NCBI GenBank assembly: GCA_038151495.1
Contig: JAYOVO010000002.1
Span: 1-41,721 of the forward strand
DNA length: 41,721 bases
Reading direction: 5' to 3'
From: Alphaproteobacteria bacterium
GTDB taxonomy: Bacteria; Pseudomonadota; Alphaproteobacteria; Puniceispirillales; Puniceispirillaceae
Below are positions 9,616 to 18,501 of the stretch, one piece after another. Position 1 is the stretch's first letter. Each line of letters begins with the position of its first letter. A program made the position numbers and the translations under genes. The notes below the pieces were generated by a model. That model did not search any database. It had not been told where the DNA came from and worked only from the letters and a program-made list of their open reading frames with translations.

Positions 9616-11067
9616 ATGCCCCAAAATCATCAAAATTATATTGCCGGTGCGTGGCACGATGGTGATACGACCATTGAAAATATCAACCCGTCTGATCTGT
9701 CAGACAGCATTGGCCATTATGCGCAAGCCAATCGTCGCCAGCTTGATAACGCGCTGGATGCCGCCACGTTAGCCCAGAAAGAATGGGCAAAAACCGGCCT
9801 AGAGGCACGACAAACCATTTTGATGAATATTGGCAATGAATTGATGGCACGCCGAGAAGAGCTTGGCCAGTTGCTGAGCCGTGAAGAAGGCAAACCATTG
9901 GCCGAGGGCATGGGCGAAATTTACCGTGCGGGGCAGTTCTTTACCTATTATGCCGCCGAAACATTGCGACAGATTGGTGACACGGCCGACAGTGTGCGCG
10001 CTGGCATCGAAATTGACGTGCGCCGTGAACCTGTTGGTGTTGTGGCGATTATCAGCCCGTGGAATTTTCCCACTGCAACCGCCGTCTGGAAAATTGCCCC
10101 GGCGCTCGCTTTTGGCAACGCGGTAATATGGAAGCCTGCCAATCTTGTGCCAGCATCTGCTGTTGCCCTGGCAGACATTATTGCCCGCCAAGATATCCCG
10201 GCTGGCCTGTTCAATCTGGTGATGGGGCCGGGCGGCGAAATTGGACAGGGTTTGATTGAAAGTCCGGCGGTCAATGCGATCAGCTTTACCGGCTCGGTTG
10301 AGGTTGGCAAACAGATTGCCGCATCAGCCATCACCAACCTGACAAAAATTCAAATGGAAATGGGATCAAAAAACGCGCTGGCAGTGATGGATGATGGCGA
10401 CCTGGATATTGCTGTTGCCGCCGCGCTTGGCGGGGCTTTTGGCGGCACCGGACAAAAATGCACAGCCTCATCAAGATTGGTTGTCCATGCCAAAATTCAT
10501 GATGAATTTGTTGACAAGCTTAGCGCTGGTGCGCAGGCAATGGTGGTTGACCATGCGCTGAAAGATGGCACCCAAATTGGCCCAGTTGTTAGCCAAACAC
10601 AGCTTGACGAAAATCTGGCATGGGTTGACCGGGCAAAAGCTGAAGGCGGTGATATTCTATGTGGCGGGACACGTGTGACCCGTGAAACAGATGGCTATTA
10701 CATGACACCAGCGGTTGTTGCCGGCACAAAGAATAGCTGGCAGATCAATCGTGAAGAAATGTTTGCCCCCATCGCCTGTGTGATCAAAGTTGACAGTTAT
10801 GATGAAGCTGTTGATGTGGTGAATGACACGCATTTTGGCTTGACCTCTGGCATCATCACAAGATCACTGGCACGCGCCACAGATTTTCGCCGCCGCGCCC
10901 AAACTGGCGTGGTGACGATCAATCTGCCAACAGCCGGAACGGATTATCATGTTCCATTTGGCGGGCGTGGCAGCAGTTCCTATGGCCCGCGGGAACAAGG
11001 CCGATATGCTGAAGAATTTTATACCACAGTAAAAACAAGCTATATTGCCGCAGGCCAGCCGGACTGA
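9616..11067 (+). CDS. NAD(P)+-dependent aldehyde dehydrogenase (KGSADH/YcbD-like subfamily)
   Basis: ISPWNFP, WKPA, SFTGS, MEMGSKN, TGQKCTASSR (catalytic Cys), EEMFAP, YHVPFGG..SSYGPREQG. Confidence 0.93.
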   Translation: MPQNHQNYIAGAWHDGDTTIENINPSDLSDSIGHYAQANRRQLDNALDAATLAQKEWAKTGLEARQTILMNIGNELMARREELGQLLSREEGKPLAEGMGEIYRAGQFFTYYAAETLRQIGDTADSVRAGIEIDVRREPVGVVAIISPWNFPTATAVWKIAPALAFGNAVIWKPANLVPASAVALADIIARQDIPAGLFNLVMGPGGEIGQGLIESPAVNAISFTGSVEVGKQIAASAITNLTKIQMEMGSKNALAVMDDGDLDIAVAAALGGAFGGTGQKCTASSRLVVHAKIHDEFVDKLSAGAQAMVVDHALKDGTQIGPVVSQTQLDENLAWVDRAKAEGGDILCGGTRVTRETDGYYMTPAVVAGTKNSWQINREEMFAPIACVIKVDSYDEAVDVVNDTHFGLTSGIITRSLARATDFRRRAQTGVVTINLPTAGTDYHVPFGGRGSSSYGPREQGRYAEEFYTTVKTSYIAAGQPD

Positions 11068-11071
11068 AACC

Positions 11072-12046
11072 ATGCATATCATCGACAATTTACAATACGC
11101 CAATTGGTCTGAAAAAATTTTTAAGCAAATGCGCGAAGGCGGGGTTGATGCCGTTCATGTGACAATTGCGTATCACGAAATCTTTCGTGAAATGGTGGCC
11201 AATATCGAACAATGGAACCGCTGGTTTGAGACCTTCCCCCATTTGATTTGCCACGGGCGAAGCGGCGATGATGTCCGCCGTGCCAAGAAAGATGGGCGCA
11301 CCGCGATTATTTTTGGATTTCAAAATCCATCACCGATTGAAGATGATATTGGGCTTGTCGAAATCTGCCATATGCTTGGCGTGCGGTTTATGCAACTGAC
11401 CTATAATAATCAATCTTTACTGGCGACAGGTTGTTATGAAACCGAAGATAGCGGCGTTACCAGAATGGGCCGGGAAGTCATCAAAGAAATGAACCGGGTT
11501 GGTCTGGTTGTTGACATGAGCCATTCAGCCGAACGATCAACGCTTGATGCGATTTCCCTGTCAGAACGCCCCATTGCCATTACCCACGCCAATCCAAATT
11601 TTTGGCATCCAGCAAAGCGCAACAAATCTGACGAAATATTGCGCGCCCTTGGTGAAAGCGGCGGCATGCTGGGATTTTCTTTGTACCCGCATCATTTGAA
11701 AGATAAATCGAATTGCAGTTTGGACAGTTTTTGCCAGATGATCGCCCGCACCGCCGATCTGATGGGCGTTTCGCAAATCGGGCTTGGGTCTGACCTTTGT
11801 CAAGATCAACCCGACAGTGTTGTTGAATGGATGCGCGTTGGGCGTTGGACCAAAACCATTGATTATGGTGAAGGGTCAGCCGCCCAAGCCGGTTTCCCCG
11901 ATATGCCTGACTGGTTTCAAGACAACCGCCATTTTGGCAATATCGCCAAAGGTTTGCGGGCCGTCGGCTTTTCAAAAGACGAAACCTCTGCAATTATGGG
12001 CGAAAATTGGTTGCGGTTTTATGATGACAATTTCACCGCGGCGTGA
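11072..12046 (+). CDS. M19 'membrane/renal dipeptidase'-like amidohydrolase with atypical metal site
   Basis: FGFQN, LGVRFMQLTYN, EMNRVGLVVDMSHS, ITHAN, KRNKSD, GLGSD, IMGENWLR; no signal peptide. ATG 11072 lies 4 nt after the ALDH stop. Confidence 0.88.
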   Translation: MHIIDNLQYANWSEKIFKQMREGGVDAVHVTIAYHEIFREMVANIEQWNRWFETFPHLICHGRSGDDVRRAKKDGRTAIIFGFQNPSPIEDDIGLVEICHMLGVRFMQLTYNNQSLLATGCYETEDSGVTRMGREVIKEMNRVGLVVDMSHSAERSTLDAISLSERPIAITHANPNFWHPAKRNKSDEILRALGESGGMLGFSLYPHHLKDKSNCSLDSFCQMIARTADLMGVSQIGLGSDLCQDQPDSVVEWMRVGRWTKTIDYGEGSAAQAGFPDMPDWFQDNRHFGNIAKGLRAVGFSKDETSAIMGENWLRFYDDNFTAA

Positions 12047-12058
12047 GAGTGAATAAAG

Positions 12059-13759
12059 ATGGACGCACAGATTCAAAAATCTACTGAACCATTGATCGTC
12101 AATCGGCCAGCATCGGTGGTGATGAAGCTGGCACGCATGGGATCCTTTCATCAAAGCCGTCTGAGTTTTATGCGGGTGTTGCTTCGCCGTCTAAAGGCAG
12201 AAAACTGGCAATTCAGACAAGCTGAATGGCACATTGATGAACATGGTGTCGGCGTTGCCACTTATGAAGCCATCGGCCCAAAGCGCACCTATACGTTGGT
12301 CGCCTTTGCGCATGACCTGCCAGATGAAAAACGGTCCGACCGGGTCATTGCCGAGGCATGGGACGCCACATTCACCCTGCATGACGGCACCATATCACAA
12401 GATGATATCGCCCGGCTTGCGGCGAATGTGCCTAGGCAAGAAGCTGGCCGTATTTCCGGTCAAGAACTGGTGCTATCACGTGCCAACCGGTCGGTACGGC
12501 TGTTTGACTATGTTGTTGATTGTCTGGCGCAGGGACAGCAACCAGAGCGGCAGAAAATAGAACCGATTGGCTATCTGATGCGCACCACCGCGGTCTATGG
12601 GTCTGGCAAATTTGGTGCCGCTGATCGAAGCCGCTGGGCCGATCGCGCTGAATTTGCCGGGTCGTTCCAACCAGAATTGCTGGCAGTGTGGCTGATCCGG
12701 AGCTTTACCATAGATATTGCCGAACATATGGCACGCCAGCGCGCCCCAGAAACGGCAATCCGGCTTGATCCAGACATACGGCGCCGTATTGGTGTTGGCA
12801 ATTCAACCGGGTTGGGCATGGCACCCTTTTTGATCAATCACCCAGCATTAATTCATGCATGGATCAATGCGCGTGAAACAGCCTTGACCCGGGTGCGCCA
12901 ATTGCCAAACACCGACCGGGATAAAATCACCAATCTTATAAATTTGGTCAAACGCGCCTTGCAGAATGCCAATGAATGGACAACAGACAGCCCATACCAA
13001 AAACATAAAACCGCTGGGCTGCGTGATGATCTGGCCCGATTAGCCGCCTATCTGACAGATTTTGACCCTGCCACCGCCTATCCCCATAACGCCATTTATG
13101 AATGGGGTATTCATCACCTGTCACTTGAAGGTCAAGAACAGCTTGTATCACTTTTGATCGAGGGGCATGGGACCTTGGTTGACGATTTAGCGGTCACGAT
13201 GTCGGCTGATGAAACATCGACTTTTCATATTGATGGCAGTATGACGATCGGCAAAATCAAAACCATTTTTGACGATGCCTATGGCTGGGTGAACAAGATC
13301 GATTACAGTGAAACCGCCGCAAAAGCGCGGGTATGGTATGTATCTGAAGAAAAGCTGGAACCACGGCTTGGTGAGCGGTTTGAAGAACCAATAGAACCAT
13401 TTGAACAACCACTGGCACCCGGGCGTGACGTTGCCGCGGCGCGCAAAACGCTTGATCAATGGGATGATTGCACACCGATTGCCAGCTTCCTGCTTGCCCA
13501 CCCAGAACACCGCCATATTATCCGCCGGATGCAAATTGTGGCGGCGCTTCCCTATGCGGAAATACAGGACAATACAATTGCCGCCGATATGCAACCAATT
13601 GATTTATTGCGTTGTAAATTATCATTTTTCGGGGCGTCAAAATTTGATCCGCGATCCGACCGCTGGTTGCGTATCACCATGTATCAGGGCGCACCATTTC
13701 CAGATGAGCTAGCAAGGCTTGATCCGGATGATCTGGCCTATCCGCCGCTTCATTCATAA
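12059..13759 (+). CDS. Conserved hypothetical protein, 566 aa, no domain recognised
   Basis: Long soluble ORF; GAG-type RBS; 12 nt after the previous stop and 1 nt before the next start; motif-like blocks YLMRTTAVYGSGKFG, GVGNSTGLGMAPFL, WYVSEEKLEPRLGER. Confidence 0.88.
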   Translation: MDAQIQKSTEPLIVNRPASVVMKLARMGSFHQSRLSFMRVLLRRLKAENWQFRQAEWHIDEHGVGVATYEAIGPKRTYTLVAFAHDLPDEKRSDRVIAEAWDATFTLHDGTISQDDIARLAANVPRQEAGRISGQELVLSRANRSVRLFDYVVDCLAQGQQPERQKIEPIGYLMRTTAVYGSGKFGAADRSRWADRAEFAGSFQPELLAVWLIRSFTIDIAEHMARQRAPETAIRLDPDIRRRIGVGNSTGLGMAPFLINHPALIHAWINARETALTRVRQLPNTDRDKITNLINLVKRALQNANEWTTDSPYQKHKTAGLRDDLARLAAYLTDFDPATAYPHNAIYEWGIHHLSLEGQEQLVSLLIEGHGTLVDDLAVTMSADETSTFHIDGSMTIGKIKTIFDDAYGWVNKIDYSETAAKARVWYVSEEKLEPRLGERFEEPIEPFEQPLAPGRDVAAARKTLDQWDDCTPIASFLLAHPEHRHIIRRMQIVAALPYAEIQDNTIAADMQPIDLLRCKLSFFGASKFDPRSDRWLRITMYQGAPFPDELARLDPDDLAYPPLHS

Positions 13760-13760
13760 A

Positions 13761-14405
13761 ATGACCCCGCCGCATGACGCAGAACAAATAAGCTGGTCGC
13801 TTGGCGAAACAGCGGCGCTTGCGACCAAGGCTGCCCGCGGTGCCGGTATGCCATGGGGGCTTGCTGACGAAACCGGGGTGGCGGTAAGCTGGCTACAAGC
13901 CCGCGGCATACCCGGACTAGCGGCATTATGCCGGTATTTGAAATGGCGGGATTATGGCCGTGTGACGCCCTGGCCAGATCGCCCGGCAGGCAATGCTTGT
14001 TATTGTCCTATTGCGCTTGGCACTGCCTATATGGACGGGGCGCTGCCTGCTACCCTGACGATTGACAGCATACGTGAACCGGTGCTGATGTTGCCATTTA
14101 TTGCCAAACGCAATGATGACCAGCCCATGCAAGTCGATTTGGGCGATATGTCCATCCACCTATCCAAGGGTGGTGTTTTCAGCCCCTATCTTGACACTGC
14201 CCTGCTGATCAGTCAGGCCACTTGCACCATCAAAAATGCCGCTGACACGCCTGCCTTGGCACCATATGAGCTGACACAAAGGGTGCCATCCTATTTTTTT
14301 GGATGCGTCTCAGCCTTACATGAGTTTGCTAAAAAAACCTATGCGCCAGCAACCGAAGAATCGCGTCTGGCCGGGGCTGGGGCGGGGCTGAACGATAACG
14401 ACTAA
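13761..14405 (+). CDS. DUF3726-like protein
   Basis: SLGE...KAARGAGMPWGLADE...WL, CPIALG, C-terminal TYAPATEESRLAGAGAGLNDND. ATG 13761 preferred over TTG 13719. Confidence 0.8.
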   Translation: MTPPHDAEQISWSLGETAALATKAARGAGMPWGLADETGVAVSWLQARGIPGLAALCRYLKWRDYGRVTPWPDRPAGNACYCPIALGTAYMDGALPATLTIDSIREPVLMLPFIAKRNDDQPMQVDLGDMSIHLSKGGVFSPYLDTALLISQATCTIKNAADTPALAPYELTQRVPSYFFGCVSALHEFAKKTYAPATEESRLAGAGAGLNDND

Positions 14406-14494
14406 CGCTGGCACCCAGACTGGTACCCAGCAACACCTCGGTTCAGCCACGGCGCATTGATCAAGACCCACTATCTATCTGGGCGGCAATATGT

Positions 14495-15931
14495 CTAGAC
14501 AATGCCGCTTATGGTCTTGATTTCCAGAAATTCTTCAATGCCCCACATGCCGCCTTCACGCCCCACGCCTGACTGCTTATAGCCACCAAACGGGCTACCA
14601 GAAATGCGGCTGGCACCATTCACCTGTATCATGCCGGCACGCAATTGCGCCGCCACCCGGCGGGCCCGATCCATATCACCGGTTTGAATATAAGCGGCCA
14701 GTCCATAAGGCGTGTCATTAGCAAGCGCAATCGCCTCTTCCTCGGTATCAAACGGCATGATTGCCAACACCGGGCCAAAAATTTCTTCACGAATAATTGT
14801 CATATCCTGCGTGGTATCGGCAAAAACTGTCGGTTTCACAAACCAGCCACGATTCAAGCCTTCAGGCCTGCCAACGCCGCCAGCAACCAGACGCGCCCCT
14901 TCATCAATGCCTGACTGGATCAACCCTTGCACCTTGTTAAATTGCGCTTCTGATACCAATGGCCCGATATGATTGCCCGGCTTTGATGGCAAATCGACAG
15001 TTGTTGCGGCGGCTGTTGCCGCGGCCGCTTCGATAGCCTGTTCATAGGCACTGCGTTCAACCAGCATGCGTGATGCCGCGTTACATGATTGCCCGGTGTT
15101 ATTGAAACAAAAGGCGGCACCACGTGCCACTGCCGCGGTGACATCACAATCATCAAACACCAGATTTGGTGATTTACCCCCAAGTTCCAGCGACACTGTT
15201 TTGACCGTATCGGCGGCGGCCTTGCTGATCAACACACCCGCACGGGTTGATCCGGTAAATGACACAACATCGATATCAGGATGCGCCGATAACAAGCTGC
15301 CAACGCCCGCACCATCACCATTCACCATATTAAAAACACCAGCCGGAAACCCAGCGGCATCAATACATTCAGCAAACAGAATGCTCGACATCGGGGCAAT
15401 TTCCGACGGCTTTAATACCATTGTGCATCCAGCCGCCAACGCCGCACCGACCTTTAGCACAACCTGATTCATCGGCCAGTTCCATGGTGTAATCAGCGCC
15501 GCAACACCAGCCGCTTCAAAGGCAATATCCTGTCCTTCGACACCGGGGCGCAATGGCCGTTGAAATTCAATTGACCCAAGTGCCCGGATAAAGGCTTTTA
15601 GATGACCACGCCCAGACCCGGCTTGGTCGCTAAGAGACATGTCAATTGGCGCGCCCATTTCAGATGAAATCGCCTGGGCCATGTCCTGCATGCGATCTTC
15701 ATAAACGGCAAGTAATGTTTCCAAATATTGAATACGGGTTTCAACTGTTGTGACCGACCATGCCGGAAAGGCGGCTTTGGCCGCGGCAATCGCCGCTTCA
15801 GCATCTTTTTTACCGCCAAGTGAAATGGTGGCATACGCCTCTTCAGTTGCTGGATTAATCACTGGAAAGTCAGCGCCATCGATTGGCGCAACCCACTGGC
15901 CATCAATATAAAATTTAGTTTTATCCAGCAT
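14495..15931 (-). CDS. Aldehyde dehydrogenase (second subfamily, CddD/Sapd-like)
   Basis: ITPWNWP, LKPSE, SFTGS, LELGGKSP, NTGQSCNA, EEIFGPV, PFGGYKQSG; GAGGTG RBS upstream of ATG 15931. Confidence 0.93.
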   Translation of the reverse strand: MLDKTKFYIDGQWVAPIDGADFPVINPATEEAYATISLGGKKDAEAAIAAAKAAFPAWSVTTVETRIQYLETLLAVYEDRMQDMAQAISSEMGAPIDMSLSDQAGSGRGHLKAFIRALGSIEFQRPLRPGVEGQDIAFEAAGVAALITPWNWPMNQVVLKVGAALAAGCTMVLKPSEIAPMSSILFAECIDAAGFPAGVFNMVNGDGAGVGSLLSAHPDIDVVSFTGSTRAGVLISKAAADTVKTVSLELGGKSPNLVFDDCDVTAAVARGAAFCFNNTGQSCNAASRMLVERSAYEQAIEAAAATAAATTVDLPSKPGNHIGPLVSEAQFNKVQGLIQSGIDEGARLVAGGVGRPEGLNRGWFVKPTVFADTTQDMTIIREEIFGPVLAIMPFDTEEEAIALANDTPYGLAAYIQTGDMDRARRVAAQLRAGMIQVNGASRISGSPFGGYKQSGVGREGGMWGIEEFLEIKTISGIV

Positions 15932-16063
15932 CACACATCACCTCGTGCAGCAGAGAGTAAAAAATCTTGTTCGTTATCAGACCAAACAGCCAATCCGGCA
16001 AGAAAACAAACACTCGATAAAATAACCGGGCAAAATACATCAAACTGTTACGGCCTGCGTTCA

Positions 16064-16091
16064 CTTCTACATGGCCCATATGACTTGTCAA
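16064..16091 (-). promoter_or_regulatory. Possible internal sigma70 promoter for the 14495-15931 ALDH
   Basis: Minus strand TTGACA-N16-TAGAAG in the ~180-nt gap between DMT and ALDH. Confidence 0.4.
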
Positions 16092-16111
16092 GACAGGCCA
16101 AAAACAGATCA

Positions 16112-17014
16112 TCAGGCTGGCATCGTCACTTTATGTTTTTCCGCCAGTGCAATACCTGCCACCACCATAATCAGCGCCATAATATGATAGCCATACATAG
16201 GTTCTGATAAAATGCCCATCGCCATAAAGGCGGCAAATACCGGCACCAAATTCACATAGAGCCCAGCACGGGTGGCCCCGATCAATTCAACCCCCCGCAT
16301 AAAAAATGTCTGCGACAAAATTGATGGGAAAATGGCGCAATATAAAATTACCGCCAGTCCGGTCAGGCTTGGCTGAACCAACTGTCCTGCCGCAGCTTCG
16401 CCGATGGTGAATAGCGTCAGCGCAACAAATGCCGATACAGAAAAATACGCAACCATAATGATTGGCGGCATTTCAAGACGTTTGCCAAGATGCAGCACAT
16501 ACAGCGCGTAACAAAAACACGCCGCTATCATCATTAAGTCACCAACATTAAAGGTCAATGTTAACAACATGGCGATTTGACCGCCGGTAATCAACACCAC
16601 CACACCGCATAATGACACCAGCAAGCCTAAAAATTGCAACCTGCCAATCCGCGTGCCAAATAACAGCATTCCGAACACCATCACAAAAGCCGGGATCGCG
16701 CCTTGCGTGATGCCCAAATTTACCGCCGTAGTATGTTGCGCACCAAGGCTGAATAACGCGGTGAATCCAGCCAATCCGCCACCGCCCATCAATGCCACAT
16801 AGCGCCAGCGCTGGCGGACAATTGGCCAATACAGACGCATTTGTTTTGAAAAGACCATGAATAAAATCAAAAAGCAGAACAGCCAGCGCAACTGCATCAA
16901 CAATAATGGCGAGACTTCGCCAACAGCGATACGCGCACCAATGGCATGCCCGGCCCAACTAAGGGTTGCGCAGGTCAGCAACAGATGCGGGCTATGCCAA
17001 AACCACTTGCCCAT
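16112..17014 (-). CDS. DMT/EamA family transporter
   Basis: 10 TM; VSPLLLMQLRW, TTAVNLGI, GDLMM, IGATRAGLYVNLVPVF. Confidence 0.9.
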   Translation of the reverse strand: MGKWFWHSPHLLLTCATLSWAGHAIGARIAVGEVSPLLLMQLRWLFCFLILFMVFSKQMRLYWPIVRQRWRYVALMGGGGLAGFTALFSLGAQHTTAVNLGITQGAIPAFVMVFGMLLFGTRIGRLQFLGLLVSLCGVVVLITGGQIAMLLTLTFNVGDLMMIAACFCYALYVLHLGKRLEMPPIIMVAYFSVSAFVALTLFTIGEAAAGQLVQPSLTGLAVILYCAIFPSILSQTFFMRGVELIGATRAGLYVNLVPVFAAFMAMGILSEPMYGYHIMALIMVVAGIALAEKHKVTMPA

Positions 17015-17063
17015 CAGCCAGATCGCGGCTGTTGTTCAGACACCCGCACCAGTCTATTACGAA

Positions 17064-18476
17064 TCATCGCAGTTTTGCAGCAAGCTCTGCAACATCTGAC
17101 ATCGCGTCATGGATGCGCTTAAACATATCATCCAGTTCCGCCTTGGATATAATTAATGGCGGACAAAACCCAATGATATCACCGGGCAAAGCGCGTAAAA
17201 TCACCCCATGTTTTTGAATAATGGCGACTGCCTGCGCGGCGATTTTATGTGATGCATCAAATTTTTGCTGGCTGTGTTTTTCAGCGGCAAATTCCATCGC
17301 CCCAATCAGACCGATCGACCGCACATTGCCGATAAAATCATATTGTTCCATCGCGGCAACATGTCCGGCAAATGTCGGTGTGACCGAACGAACATGCCCA
17401 ATAACATCGCGTTCCTGCATCAATTGCTGGGCCCGCAATGCCACCGCCGCACATACAGGGTGCGCCGAATAAGTATATCCATGGCCAAAGACACCCAGTT
17501 TTTCAGCTTGTTCGGCAAGTGGTGCATAGACTTTATCTGACATCATCACCGCTGAAATCGGCAAATAGGCTGACGACAATGCCTTGGCACATGTCAACAT
17601 ATCTGGCCGCACATCCATGGTTTGCGACCCCCACATATTGCCGGTCCGACCAAAGCCGCAAATCACCTCATCCGCCACCAGCAACACATCATATTTTTCA
17701 AGAACAGCGCGGATTTTCGCAAAATAGCCAGATGGCGGAATGATCACTCCGCCAGCGCCCATAACCGGTTCGGCAAATAATGCCGCCACCGTATCTGGCC
17801 CCTCTGCCAAAATTAAATCTTCTAGTTCAGCGGCGCAACGGCTGGCAAATTCTTCTTCGGTTTCACCAGCATGCGCGCCATTATAATAATCTGGTGCGGT
17901 TGTATGTTTGACAAAATCAAGCGGCAACCCAAATCCATCTTGCGCATAAGCCAGCGCGGTCATGCTAGCCGCCGCCATCGTGACACCGTGATACCCTTTT
18001 TTACGGCTGATGATTTTACGTTTTTCAGGCCGTCCTAATGCGGCATTATAATACCACACCATTTTCATTGCGGTGTCATTCGCCTCTGACCCAGAGGCGG
18101 CAAAAAACACTTTACTCATACGGCTACCGCCACCGGCTGGCGGGGCGTTGGTGATCAACATTTCGGCAAGCTCTATAGCTGGATCAACCGTTTTACCAGC
18201 GAAGCTGTGATAGAATGGTAATTTATTGAATTGCGCGATCGCGGCATTGACCAGTTCAGGTTCGGAAAAGCCAAGCGATGTACACCATAGCCCACTCATC
18301 CCCTCATAAAAGCGATTGCCCGAATCATCATGCACAAAAACGCCATCACCTTTGGCGATGATATGTGGGCCAGCCGCCGCCAGTTGTGCCGGGTTGGTAT
18401 AGGGATGCATATGAAAGGCAACATCCCGGCTAGCTGGTGAATTGCCAGCAAGATTTATATTGGTAGGTTTATTCAT
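17064..18476 (-). CDS. Class III PLP aminotransferase (omega-amino acid/amine:pyruvate type)
   Basis: GMSGLWC.SLG, SGSEAND, GYHG, AEPVMGAGG, ADEVICGFGRTG, AKALSS (PLP Lys), HGYTYSAHP. Confidence 0.93.
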   Translation of the reverse strand: MNKPTNINLAGNSPASRDVAFHMHPYTNPAQLAAAGPHIIAKGDGVFVHDDSGNRFYEGMSGLWCTSLGFSEPELVNAAIAQFNKLPFYHSFAGKTVDPAIELAEMLITNAPPAGGGSRMSKVFFAASGSEANDTAMKMVWYYNAALGRPEKRKIISRKKGYHGVTMAAASMTALAYAQDGFGLPLDFVKHTTAPDYYNGAHAGETEEEFASRCAAELEDLILAEGPDTVAALFAEPVMGAGGVIIPPSGYFAKIRAVLEKYDVLLVADEVICGFGRTGNMWGSQTMDVRPDMLTCAKALSSAYLPISAVMMSDKVYAPLAEQAEKLGVFGHGYTYSAHPVCAAVALRAQQLMQERDVIGHVRSVTPTFAGHVAAMEQYDFIGNVRSIGLIGAMEFAAEKHSQQKFDASHKIAAQAVAIIQKHGVILRALPGDIIGFCPPLIISKAELDDMFKRIHDAMSDVAELAAKLR

Positions 18477-18501
18477 CCTTTGGTTCCTCTAGACCTAGGG
18501 T

